A stretch of 44,087 bases of DNA, from the sequence record SRR22947727_2929; one strand, written 5' to 3'. Every line of letters starts with the position of its first letter. The first letter of the stretch is position 1. The position numbers and the translations under genes were made by a program. Under the pieces are notes generated by a model. The model did not search any database, was not told the origin of the DNA, and saw nothing but the letters and a program-made list of their open reading frames with translations. Below, piece by piece: positions 26,827-35,323 of the stretch.

Positions 26827-27957
26827 ATGAAAACAAAAAATACCCTTTCATTTGGTGCAGTTGTTGCTGTTGCCAGCTTGGCCTTGTCGGCTTTGGTTGG
26901 TTTGACAACGGTGACTACGGCGAATGCAGCTGATAAAGTCAAGGTTGGCTTTGTCTATCTGACAACACCGGGTGACCATGGCTGGACTTATGCGCATGAA
27001 GTTGCTCGTCAGGATGTTGAAAAGCATTTTGGCGATAAGGTTGTAACAACCTTTGTTGAAAATGTTCCAGAGGGCCCTGACTCAGCACGCGTCATCCGCG
27101 AATTGGCAAAACAAGGAAATGAAATCATTTTCACCACCTCTTTTGGCTACATGGATCATACGATCAAGGTCGCTAAAGAATTTCCAAACGTGAAATTTGA
27201 GCATATAACTGGCTATAAGCGTTCTCCAAATGTGGCTACCGGTAATATCCGGTTTTACGAAGGCCGTTATGTCCAAGGTGTTGTTGCTGGTCTGATGACC
27301 AAATCAAACAAAATTGGTTATTTGGCATCTTTCCCAATCCCCGAGGTAATTCAGGGTATAAATGCATTTGGCATTGGTCTTCGCTCGGTGAACCCAAAGG
27401 CCGAAGTTTCAGTTATCTGGGTGAACTCTTGGTATGATCCGGTTAAAGAAGCTGATGCAGCTAAAGTTCATATTGCCGAAGGTGCGGACATTCTTGCTCA
27501 GCACACAGACAGCCCTGCTATGCTGCAGACTGCACAAAAAGCTGGTGTTCATGGCTTTGGCCAGTCAAGTGATATGAAAGCTTTTGCGCCAAAGGCACAA
27601 TTGTTTAGCTCTGTGAATAACTGGGGACCCTATTATATTTCAAAAATTCAACAGATGATGGATGGAAAATGGTCAACTGGCGAGGGCCCTGATCACTGGG
27701 CTGGTAACACGTGGGTTGGTATGGCAGATGATTATCTGGTGTTGTCACCGTTTGAGAACATGCCTTCGGATGTTGCCGCCGCTGCGGCCAAGGCTGCTGC
27801 CGATATCAAATCAGGCAAAAACAAGATCTTCACTGGTCCAATCAAAGACAATTCTGGCAAGATTCGTGTTCCTGCTGGCAAGACCTTGAATGACGGTGAG
27901 CTGTTCCAAACGCTTGATTATTACGTCGATGGTATTTCGGGCAAAATCCCGGGCTAA
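26827..27957 (+). CDS. BMP family ABC substrate-binding protein (purine/nucleoside-binding)
   Basis: Signal peptide; KVGFVY, DHGWTYAH, FTTSFGY, QHTDSPA. AGGAGG SD. Confidence 0.93.
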   Translation: MKTKNTLSFGAVVAVASLALSALVGLTTVTTANAADKVKVGFVYLTTPGDHGWTYAHEVARQDVEKHFGDKVVTTFVENVPEGPDSARVIRELAKQGNEIIFTTSFGYMDHTIKVAKEFPNVKFEHITGYKRSPNVATGNIRFYEGRYVQGVVAGLMTKSNKIGYLASFPIPEVIQGINAFGIGLRSVNPKAEVSVIWVNSWYDPVKEADAAKVHIAEGADILAQHTDSPAMLQTAQKAGVHGFGQSSDMKAFAPKAQLFSSVNNWGPYYISKIQQMMDGKWSTGEGPDHWAGNTWVGMADDYLVLSPFENMPSDVAAAAAKAAADIKSGKNKIFTGPIKDNSGKIRVPAGKTLNDGELFQTLDYYVDGISGKIPG

Positions 27958-27985
27958 TGCGCTAGCCTGACGATTGAAAAACAGG

Positions 27986-28019
27986 AAAAGGGATGTCTCA
28001 AACTGGATGTCCCTTTTTT
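27986..28019 (+). terminator. Rho-independent terminator
   Basis: AAAAGGGATGTC...GATGTCCCTTTTTT hairpin with U-tract after the BMP gene. Confidence 0.8.
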
Positions 28020-28111
28020 GATGCTGTTTTCTACCGCTATATTAAAAATCCTTTAAACAGTATATGCGCTGTCAAAAAAGGCTGTATTTTCCGGCTGTTT
28101 CTGCGCAGACT

Positions 28112-29107
28112 ATGGCCATGACAAATACAGATCAATCCAGTGCTGGCAAGCCCAGTATTTTCGTGACGCGCCGCTGGCCAGCCGATGCTGAAGCTGCGCT
28201 TTCTCAATATTTTATTCCAACCTTTAATTTGGATGATCGGCCGCTTTCTGCCGCTGAAATGGCCGTTGGTTTTGCCAGCCATGATGCCATTGCGCCAACC
28301 GTATCTGACAAGATTGGCGCTGATATCATTACGGCCGGTGCCAATGGAAAGGGGCGGCTGATTGCCAATTTTGGCGTTGGTATAAATCATATTGACCTCG
28401 GTGCCGCTGCTGCGGCTGGTATCGCGGTTAGCAACACGCCCGGTGTGTTAACCGATGCCACGGCTGACCTGGCCTTGACGCTGATTTTGATGCTGTCGCG
28501 CCGTGCTGGCGAAGGTGAGCGGGAATTGCGCGCCGGTGAATGGCAAGGCTGGCGGCCAACCCATTTGATGGGGCGTGCCTTGCAGGGCAAAACGCTTGGC
28601 ATTATCGGAATGGGGCGTATTGGCAAAGCGGTGGCGCAGCGGGCGGCATTGGGCTTTGGCATGAAGATTGTGTTTTATAACCGGTCAAGGATTGACGAAA
28701 TATCGGCCTATCCGGCACGCCAGCTTGATGATGTTGAGAGCGTTTGCCAAATCGCTGACTGTCTGTCGCTTCATTGCGCGGCAAGTGCCGATACATTCCA
28801 TATTTTGAATGCTGAGCGGTTGGCGATGATGAAACCCGATGCCTATATTATCAATACGGCGCGCGGTGATGTTATTGATGAAACCGCATTGGCGGCGGCG
28901 CTTTCGGCCAAAAAGGTTGGCGGGGCGGGGCTTGATGTGTTTCAGGGTGAGCCGGTGATTGATCTGGCATTGCTGGCGGCGCCAAATACCGTTTTATTGC
29001 CGCATCTGGGATCGGCAACAATCGAAACGCGAACCGCGATGGGGCTAAAGGTCGTTGAAAATGCGTGCGCCTTTTTTGCTGGCCAGCCTTTGATTGATCC
29101 GGTTTGA
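28112..29107 (+). CDS. D-isomer 2-hydroxyacid dehydrogenase (glyoxylate/hydroxypyruvate reductase-like)
   Basis: ANFGVG, NTPGVLTDATAD, GMGRIG, INTARG, LDVF..EP, LPHLGSAT. Start 28112 or 28118. Confidence 0.92.
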   Translation: MAMTNTDQSSAGKPSIFVTRRWPADAEAALSQYFIPTFNLDDRPLSAAEMAVGFASHDAIAPTVSDKIGADIITAGANGKGRLIANFGVGINHIDLGAAAAAGIAVSNTPGVLTDATADLALTLILMLSRRAGEGERELRAGEWQGWRPTHLMGRALQGKTLGIIGMGRIGKAVAQRAALGFGMKIVFYNRSRIDEISAYPARQLDDVESVCQIADCLSLHCAASADTFHILNAERLAMMKPDAYIINTARGDVIDETALAAALSAKKVGGAGLDVFQGEPVIDLALLAAPNTVLLPHLGSATIETRTAMGLKVVENACAFFAGQPLIDPV

Positions 29108-29117
29108 GGTAGATCGC

Positions 29118-30398
29118 ATGCATTTTGATGCTTCATTCGAAGCGTTGGTTCGCAACAGTTTTGCCGCGGCGCTTGCCGCCGGCCAGCCAGATCACATTAC
29201 CCGATTAGCCTATGCGGCGCTTGACCAGCAACCAACAGCGGTGATTGCGCTTGGCAAGGCGGCTGGGGCGATGGCAGCGGCGGTTTGCGATGGCGGCTAT
29301 GATGGTTCTGGTCTTGTGATTACCACCGATGAAAACCATCGCCAGATTGATGGTTTTGATTGCTTTGCCAGTGCGCATCCGGTTCCCGATGAACGCGGTC
29401 TTGCTGCGGCAATTGCGGTGGAAAATCTGGTCAAATCCCTTGGTCAGGCGGATCATTTGCTGTTGCTGATCAGCGGTGGCGGCTCGGCCTTGTTGCCAGC
29501 ACCCTCAAATGGCATCAGCCTCGCCCAGAAAATTGCGCTGAATGATGCGTTGCTGGCAAGTGGTCTTGATATTCACGCGATGAATGTGGTTCGGCGGTTA
29601 TTTTCGCGGCTGAAAGGCGGACGATTGGCGCGGTTGGCAGCACCCGCCGCGGTGACGCAATTTCTGTTATCTGATGTGCCGGGTGATTTGCCTGAATCAA
29701 TCGCCAGCGGCCCTGCTGTTGCCGACCCGGTGCCGTTTGATGATGCGCTTCAGCTCATTCAAAAACACGGTCTTGATCGGCTGGATTTTGTCATGCCGCA
29801 TTTGCAGGCAATCCAGAACGGAACCGCCGATGGGCCAGTGCGATCGGGTGATCCGGTTCTTGATAAGGTGCAAAGCAAAATCTTGGCAAGCAATGCACAA
29901 TGCCGTGATGCGGCCACAGCCTATATCCGCCAAGCGATGCCCGAAATGCAGTTTCTTGATGCGCCACCCCTTGATGGCGAGGCTAGTCAGATGGCAGCGC
30001 ATTTGGCGGCGCAGATCTTCGAACAGCGCCATGCTGGCAAGCCTTATGCGTTGGTGGCTGGTGGCGAAACAACCGTAACCCTTGATATGGCTAATCCCGG
30101 CAAGGGTGGGCGGTCGCAGGAACTGGCGCTTGCCTTTGCAGCGGCAATGACAGCAGCCGGATCAAGCGCCCCCAAAAACTGGGTGATTTTGGCTGGCGGC
30201 ACCGATGGCCGTGATGGGCCAACTGATGCGGCTGGTGGCATGATCGCCGCGTCACAAAATTTTGATCAAACGGCGGCGCGTGCCGCGCTGTTATCGCATA
30301 ACAGCTATGGTTATCTAAAAGCGCATGATCAGCTTTTGATGGTCGGGGCAACAGGTACCAACCTTGCCGATCTGGTTTTGATCATTGCGCAAGATTGA
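29118..30398 (+). CDS. Glycerate kinase, MOFRL/TtuD type
   Basis: GKAA, HPVPD, ISGGGSAL, KGGRL, SDVPGD, GGETTV, GGRSQE, TDGRDG, TGTNLAD. Confidence 0.92.
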   Translation: MHFDASFEALVRNSFAAALAAGQPDHITRLAYAALDQQPTAVIALGKAAGAMAAAVCDGGYDGSGLVITTDENHRQIDGFDCFASAHPVPDERGLAAAIAVENLVKSLGQADHLLLLISGGGSALLPAPSNGISLAQKIALNDALLASGLDIHAMNVVRRLFSRLKGGRLARLAAPAAVTQFLLSDVPGDLPESIASGPAVADPVPFDDALQLIQKHGLDRLDFVMPHLQAIQNGTADGPVRSGDPVLDKVQSKILASNAQCRDAATAYIRQAMPEMQFLDAPPLDGEASQMAAHLAAQIFEQRHAGKPYALVAGGETTVTLDMANPGKGGRSQELALAFAAAMTAAGSSAPKNWVILAGGTDGRDGPTDAAGGMIAASQNFDQTAARAALLSHNSYGYLKAHDQLLMVGATGTNLADLVLIIAQD

Positions 30399-30471
30399 TG
30401 TTTTTGCCAAGGGCGAAATGCCGTCCAGAATGATTTTCCCCAGTTATGAGCTGGATAAGAAATAAGCCGCA

Positions 30472-30587
30472 TAAGAAAAGGGTCGGACAAGACATAAAGT
30501 CCTGACCGACCCTGATTTGCGGATAGGGTTGGCAAACCAAACAAACTCCCCCAAGCTGGCTTCATCTGCCGCAACCTATATCGCAAA
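30472..30587 (-). ncRNA. Candidate small RNA: long hairpin plus intrinsic terminator
   Basis: Two hairpins whose non-Watson-Crick pairs are G-U only on the minus strand. The terminator stem AGGGTCGG/CCGACCCT is followed by UUUCUU on minus. Confidence 0.5.
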
Positions 30588-30719
30588 GCTCTATAATTGC
30601 CGTCTAAAATCGCCGGCTAAATTCGTGCAGATCATCTGCGATTGATACGTTTGATCTACCCTTTCCTTGTGCCTTTTTTGCGGGGTTGCAGGCAAGGAAA
30701 AAAAAGCAAATTTGAAAAT

Positions 30720-30756
30720 TGTAAAAGATTTACATTTTCCATTTACAGGCTATGCT
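30720..30756 (+). promoter_or_regulatory. TGTAAA-AGA-TTTACA palindrome overlapping a putative promoter (TTTACA-N16-TATGCT)
   Basis: Palindrome at 30720-30734 and an extra TTTACA at 30742-30747, ~50-85 nt upstream of the regulator. Confidence 0.55.
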
Positions 30757-30805
30757 GAATTTGTAAGCAAAGCGAAACAGCAGCCACGATCAGGGAGAGG
30801 GCGCG

Positions 30806-32257
30806 ATGCAGGAGAAAATTCTTGTTGGACATAAATTGCGGCGTTTTCGCAAATCCATTGGCCTGTCACAAACAGCGATGGCGGAAGCGCTGGAAATCAG
30901 CCCATCGTATCTGAATCTTCTAGAACATAATCAGCGTCCTTTGACCGTTGGGTTGCTTCTTCGCCTTGGCAATAGCTTTGATATTGATCTCAAGGACTTT
31001 GCCGAAGATGACGCGGCAAGCCTGTCAACGGGCATGTCTGAAATTTTTGCCGATCCATTACTTGCCGATGAGCAGGTGCCACGCCGTGAAATTCAGGACA
31101 TGATTACCGCCGCGCCGGGAGCGGCACGCGGCTTGGTGACGCTGTTTCAGGCCTATCGCAAAGTGCGTGACGAATTAGAAGCAACCGCTGGGGATGGCGG
31201 CGTCCGGCAGATGAGTAATCCTGTTGAAAAAGTGCGCGCCACATTGCAGCATTCGAATAATTACTTTCCGACCCTTGAAGACGCGGCAGATGAATTGCGC
31301 CGCGCGGCCAAAATTGAAGCGATCAGTGATTTCGGTCTGACGGGCGATAATATGCTTGCCAGCCTTGCCGCCCATGTGAGAGACACGCTTGGCCTTCGGG
31401 TCAGAATCATGCCGGTAGAGGTGATGCAGAACCAGCTTCGCCGTTATGATCTGCATCGCCGCGAAATTTTGCTAAGTGAGGCATTACGCCGCCCACAACG
31501 GCAGTTTCATCTTTTGATTCAAATCGCGCTTCTTAGCCAGCAGGCGGCCTTGGACAAAATCTGCCAAGATCAGGCGGTTCAGGATACGCAGGCGCAATCG
31601 CTGTTGAAAATCACGCTTGCCGGTTACTTTGCCGGTGCGGTGATGATGCCCTATTCGGCCTTTCTGGATTCGGCGAAAAGCCTTCGGTATGATCTCGATC
31701 TTTTGGGGCGCCGGTTTGGGTGCAGCTTTGAACAGGTCTGTCACCGCCTGACAACATTAAATGCACCAAATGCGCGTGGGATTCCGTTTTTCTTCATTCG
31801 GGTCGATGATGCTGGCAATATTTCCAAGCGGCTTGCCGCCGCCGGTATGCAATTTGCCACGCATGGTGGCACCTGTCCAAAATGGACGATGCATAAGGCC
31901 TTTCGGACACCGGAAAAGATTTTGGCACAGGCAGCCGAATTGCCGAATGGACAGAAATATTTCATGCTTGCCCGCACTGCACCGCCATTATGGTCGCCAA
32001 CCTTGGCGCAATCAACGGAATTTGCTGTTACGCTTGGGTGTGAATTGCATCATGCCCGCGATATGATCTATGCCGATCAAATTGATATTTCAAAATCGGC
32101 GCGGCTTGACCAGATTGGCGTTGGCTGTTCAGTTTGCGAGCGCATGGATTGCACCCAAAGAGCGCACCCGCCGATTGGCCATGAATTGCGCTTTGACGGG
32201 CCGATGCGCCGGATTGGTCTTTATGACCTTGGCACCAAAGGCACTAACAGCAAATAA
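30806..32257 (+). CDS. Short-chain fatty acyl-CoA regulator (RamB/PccR/ScfR family, XRE HTH)
   Basis: SPSYLNLLEHNQRPLT, NNYFP.LE, FEQVCHRLTTL, FFIRVDDAGNISKR, GGTCP, C-terminal C..CER.DC.QRA.PP. Confidence 0.92.
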   Translation: MQEKILVGHKLRRFRKSIGLSQTAMAEALEISPSYLNLLEHNQRPLTVGLLLRLGNSFDIDLKDFAEDDAASLSTGMSEIFADPLLADEQVPRREIQDMITAAPGAARGLVTLFQAYRKVRDELEATAGDGGVRQMSNPVEKVRATLQHSNNYFPTLEDAADELRRAAKIEAISDFGLTGDNMLASLAAHVRDTLGLRVRIMPVEVMQNQLRRYDLHRREILLSEALRRPQRQFHLLIQIALLSQQAALDKICQDQAVQDTQAQSLLKITLAGYFAGAVMMPYSAFLDSAKSLRYDLDLLGRRFGCSFEQVCHRLTTLNAPNARGIPFFFIRVDDAGNISKRLAAAGMQFATHGGTCPKWTMHKAFRTPEKILAQAAELPNGQKYFMLARTAPPLWSPTLAQSTEFAVTLGCELHHARDMIYADQIDISKSARLDQIGVGCSVCERMDCTQRAHPPIGHELRFDGPMRRIGLYDLGTKGTNSK

Positions 32258-32339
32258 CCTGCAACAATTTTTTTGGCAAAACACTATTGGTTTGGCGTGT
32301 CGGTGCGGCGGTTTTTGCCAGTGGCAAGCTTGTGCCAAA

Positions 32340-32395
32340 TTTTGAAATATTATTACAAAAATGGTGATTCCAGCTTTTTGAAATAAAATTACAAA
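32340..32395. repeat. Two 20-bp direct repeats, each a near-palindrome TTTGAAAT-N3-ATTACAAA
   Basis: TTTTGAAATATTATTACAAA (32340-32359) and TTTTGAAATAAAATTACAAA (32376-32395), 36-bp period. Confidence 0.8.
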
Positions 32396-32540
32396 GCTAA
32401 ATTTGCCTTGGTTTATTGCCATGCGTTGTTTTAAAACCAGCCGTGATCTGCTAACCTGTGACACGAGATTTAAAGCAGGCTAGCGCGGGCATCGATGCGA
32501 TAAAATCTGATCTAACGGTCTCCAAAATGGCGTATAGGCA

Positions 32541-33941
32541 ATGATGCAAGATAATGAACAGATTGAACGCAAGGATGATGGCAGTGACCGGCTTGCGGCG
32601 CTTTACGGCCTGACGCCAAAGGTTGAGACTGCAATCATCGAGGCTGTTCAGGCGGGTGCCGTTCGCCGTCTTCGCACGCTTGTTGCACCGCTTCACCCGG
32701 CCGATCAAGCCGATCTTTTAGAGCGTATGCCAGCACGGACAGCAGCGTCACTTGTGCGGTTTCTTGGCGACCATCTTGACGCTGAAACGCTGACTTATCT
32801 TGATGAAAACACGCGTGAAGCCATTGTCGAAGTGATGGGCGCAAAGGCTTTGGCGCGCCAGCTTCATGATCTGTCAACCGATGATGCCATTGATATTATT
32901 GAAGAGCTTGAAGATGATGCGCTTGCCGATGTGTTGGCGGCGCTTTCGGCCGAAGATCGGGTTCTTGTCGAAGAGGGCTTGTCTTTCCCGGAAGATTCGG
33001 CGGGCCGTCTTATGCAGCGCGAGATTGTCACGGTGCCGTCTTTCTGGACGGTTGGCCAGACAATTGACTATTTGCGGGGCGGCAAATCGGCAACAGATGA
33101 TTTCTATCTGATTTTTGTTGTCGATCCGGCGCACAAGCCGCTTGGCGAAGTGCCGCTGAGTAAACTTTTATGCGCGCAGCGTCCCCGCCGAATTTCCGAA
33201 ATCATGGAATCTGACTTCCGTTCGATTCCGGTTGATATGGATCAAGAAGAAGTGGCGGTTCTGTTTCGGCGCTATGGCATGGTCAGTGCTGGTGTTGTTG
33301 ATCTTGGCGAGCGGCTTGTCGGCATGATCACCATTGATGATGTAATTGATGTGATTGATGAAGAAGCCGAAGAAGATTTGATGGCGCTTGCCGGTGTTGG
33401 CGAGGCCAGTTTGCGATCGAGTATCCGCGAGACTTTGCAGGGGCGGACAACCTGGCTTTTGGTCAATTTGCTGACCGCGATTTTGGCATCGGTTGTGATC
33501 GGGGTGTTTGATGCGACCATCGAACAATTGGTTGCCTTGGCGGTGCTGATGCCGATTGTTGCGTCAATGGGCGGCAATGCTGGCACCCAAACAGTGACCG
33601 TTGCGGTGCGGGCGATTGCCTTGCGTCAATTGGATGCGGTTTCGACGCGCAATTTCGTTATTCGCGAAGGTTTGGTGGCATTGCTGAATGGATTACTTTT
33701 TGCGGTTTTGGCCGCCGCTGTGTCTTTTGTGTGGTTTGGTGATCCGGAAATTGCCACGGTGATGGCGGTTGCTATGTTTGCGAATTTGTTGATTGCCGGT
33801 CTTAGCGGAACCTTGGTGCCGATTGGGCTGCTTCGTGCGGGGGTCGATCCGGCGGTGGCATCAAGCGTTTTTGTGACAACGATAACGGATGTTGTTGGGT
33901 TTTTTGTATTCCTTGGGCTTGCCTCACTCTATTTGATGTAG
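32541..33941 (+). CDS. mgtE: Magnesium transporter MgtE
   Basis: LHPAD, EDSAGRLM, CBS pair, MPIVASMGGNAGTQ, DPAVAS..VTTITDVVG. Confidence 0.96.
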   Translation: MMQDNEQIERKDDGSDRLAALYGLTPKVETAIIEAVQAGAVRRLRTLVAPLHPADQADLLERMPARTAASLVRFLGDHLDAETLTYLDENTREAIVEVMGAKALARQLHDLSTDDAIDIIEELEDDALADVLAALSAEDRVLVEEGLSFPEDSAGRLMQREIVTVPSFWTVGQTIDYLRGGKSATDDFYLIFVVDPAHKPLGEVPLSKLLCAQRPRRISEIMESDFRSIPVDMDQEEVAVLFRRYGMVSAGVVDLGERLVGMITIDDVIDVIDEEAEEDLMALAGVGEASLRSSIRETLQGRTTWLLVNLLTAILASVVIGVFDATIEQLVALAVLMPIVASMGGNAGTQTVTVAVRAIALRQLDAVSTRNFVIREGLVALLNGLLFAVLAAAVSFVWFGDPEIATVMAVAMFANLLIAGLSGTLVPIGLLRAGVDPAVASSVFVTTITDVVGFFVFLGLASLYLM

Positions 33942-33991
33942 GTGGTGTCAAAAGACCGAGGTAATCGGTACGGGTTGAATTTGGTATTTTC

Positions 33992-34405
33992 ATGACGGTT
34001 CATTTAAAAAAATTATCAGTTGGCTCGCAATCGCTTGATAATCTTCGGGATTGGCAGGCGCTTCGTCTGGCGCAAGGCGGCAGATTGGTTCATGTCACGC
34101 GCAATCGGCCGCGCCGTGCCGACGAATTGCTTGATGGGGGGTCGATCTATTGGATCATCAAGGGGGTGGTCACGGCGCGTCAGGCTATTATTGACCTTGC
34201 CGAGGCGCAACGCGCCGATGGAACACCGGCCTGCGGCATTGTGCTGTCACCTGAAATCATTCAAGTTGCGCCAACCAAAATGCGTATTTTTCAGGGCTGG
34301 CGTTATCTTGAAGTAAAAGATGCGCCGCCTGATATTGGCGCGGATGATACGGGTGATATGCCTGCTGAACTGGCTGCCGAATTGCGCGATCTTGGTATTT
34401 TCTAA
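33992..34405 (+). CDS. DUF1489 family protein
   Basis: HLKKLSVG, TRNRPRR, GGSIYWIIKG, FQGWRYL. Confidence 0.88.
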   Translation: MTVHLKKLSVGSQSLDNLRDWQALRLAQGGRLVHVTRNRPRRADELLDGGSIYWIIKGVVTARQAIIDLAEAQRADGTPACGIVLSPEIIQVAPTKMRIFQGWRYLEVKDAPPDIGADDTGDMPAELAAELRDLGIF

Positions 34406-34425
34406 TCCCTAATCCTTGCTATTGA

Positions 34426-34473
34426 CAATGCGTGCCAGCCTCAATTTGTGCCAACCCCAATTTGTGCCATGTG
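34426..34473. repeat. 3 x 16-bp degenerate tandem repeat (CAATnnGTGCCA core)
   Basis: CAATGCGTGCCAGCCT / CAATTTGTGCCAACCC / CAATTTGTGCCATGTG. Confidence 0.75.
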
Positions 34474-34579
34474 GTTTGGTTGATTTTTTGGCAATCATGG
34501 CGGGTGAGGGCGATTATGCGATTGGTTCCCAAACCTTTTGGAATCTTAGGCTTTTGGGTGGCCTCAAGCTTTTTAGGGG

Positions 34580-35113
34580 CTATCGTGAACGGCGCCATGC
34601 CCATGGCGCGGTAAAGGCGCCTGCCCACATGCCCAATTTGGCGGTTTTGGCACTCTCTTCATCGGCGCTGTAGATGGATGAATATTGCCGATAAGCCAGC
34701 GCCAGCCCAGCCTGAACAAGCGCCGCGCCTAAATCGGTTTTTCCGGCAAAGCACCGCATCACAACGCGGCCATAACGATCAACATCAATCAAATCACATT
34801 GCAATTGAGGCGCGCTTGCCACCAATGCAGTAAGCGCCTTTTGAGCTGCCATGCCACAATCCCATTTCGTACCATCGGCATCGGTGCATTGCTGTTTCTT
34901 TTCAGGGGCATCAATGCCAAAAAGCCGGATTCGTAATTTGCCACTTCGAAGCGAGTCACCATCGCTAATGCGGGTGATGGTAACACTTCCCGAAATGGCA
35001 AAATTTTCGGGCAACTGGCTGTCATTTGCGGTGGCTTTTGGGGCGTGGATGCTGCCAAATCCAAGGATAGACAGGAAAATTGCGTAATGGAAAAACCTCA
35101 GAAAAATTTTCAT
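34580..35113 (-). CDS. Thermonuclease (SNase) family protein with N-terminal signal/anchor
   Basis: SDGDSL, IRLFGIDAPE, DRYGR, GLALAYRQYS, GMWAG..PW.WR. Confidence 0.92.
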   Translation of the reverse strand: MKIFLRFFHYAIFLSILGFGSIHAPKATANDSQLPENFAISGSVTITRISDGDSLRSGKLRIRLFGIDAPEKKQQCTDADGTKWDCGMAAQKALTALVASAPQLQCDLIDVDRYGRVVMRCFAGKTDLGAALVQAGLALAYRQYSSIYSADEESAKTAKLGMWAGAFTAPWAWRRSR

Positions 35114-35323
35114 TAGATATAATAATATTATTCATCTTTAAAACAAAGAAGAACCGTCATTGACCCGTTTGGCGTGCAAAGGCTGTAGAACGCGGCAGGC
35201 GAAGCCCGTCGAGCGAGGCTGGCAAAACCGCAGCTGATGAAAACACGGTTCAAAAAACCAAAATCAAATCATTTTCTATGCCAGATGTTTCAAATTGGTC
35301 AGGGGTAATAAAAAGGGTTAGAC

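Noticed and set aside
32292-32337. TGGC...TGC sequences as sigma54 promoters
   Set aside because: GG-to-GC spacing is 9 nt rather than the required 10.
35151-35251. SRP RNA or 6S RNA
   Set aside because: No CAGG...GGAA...AGCAG SRP motif and no long 6S-like rod visible.
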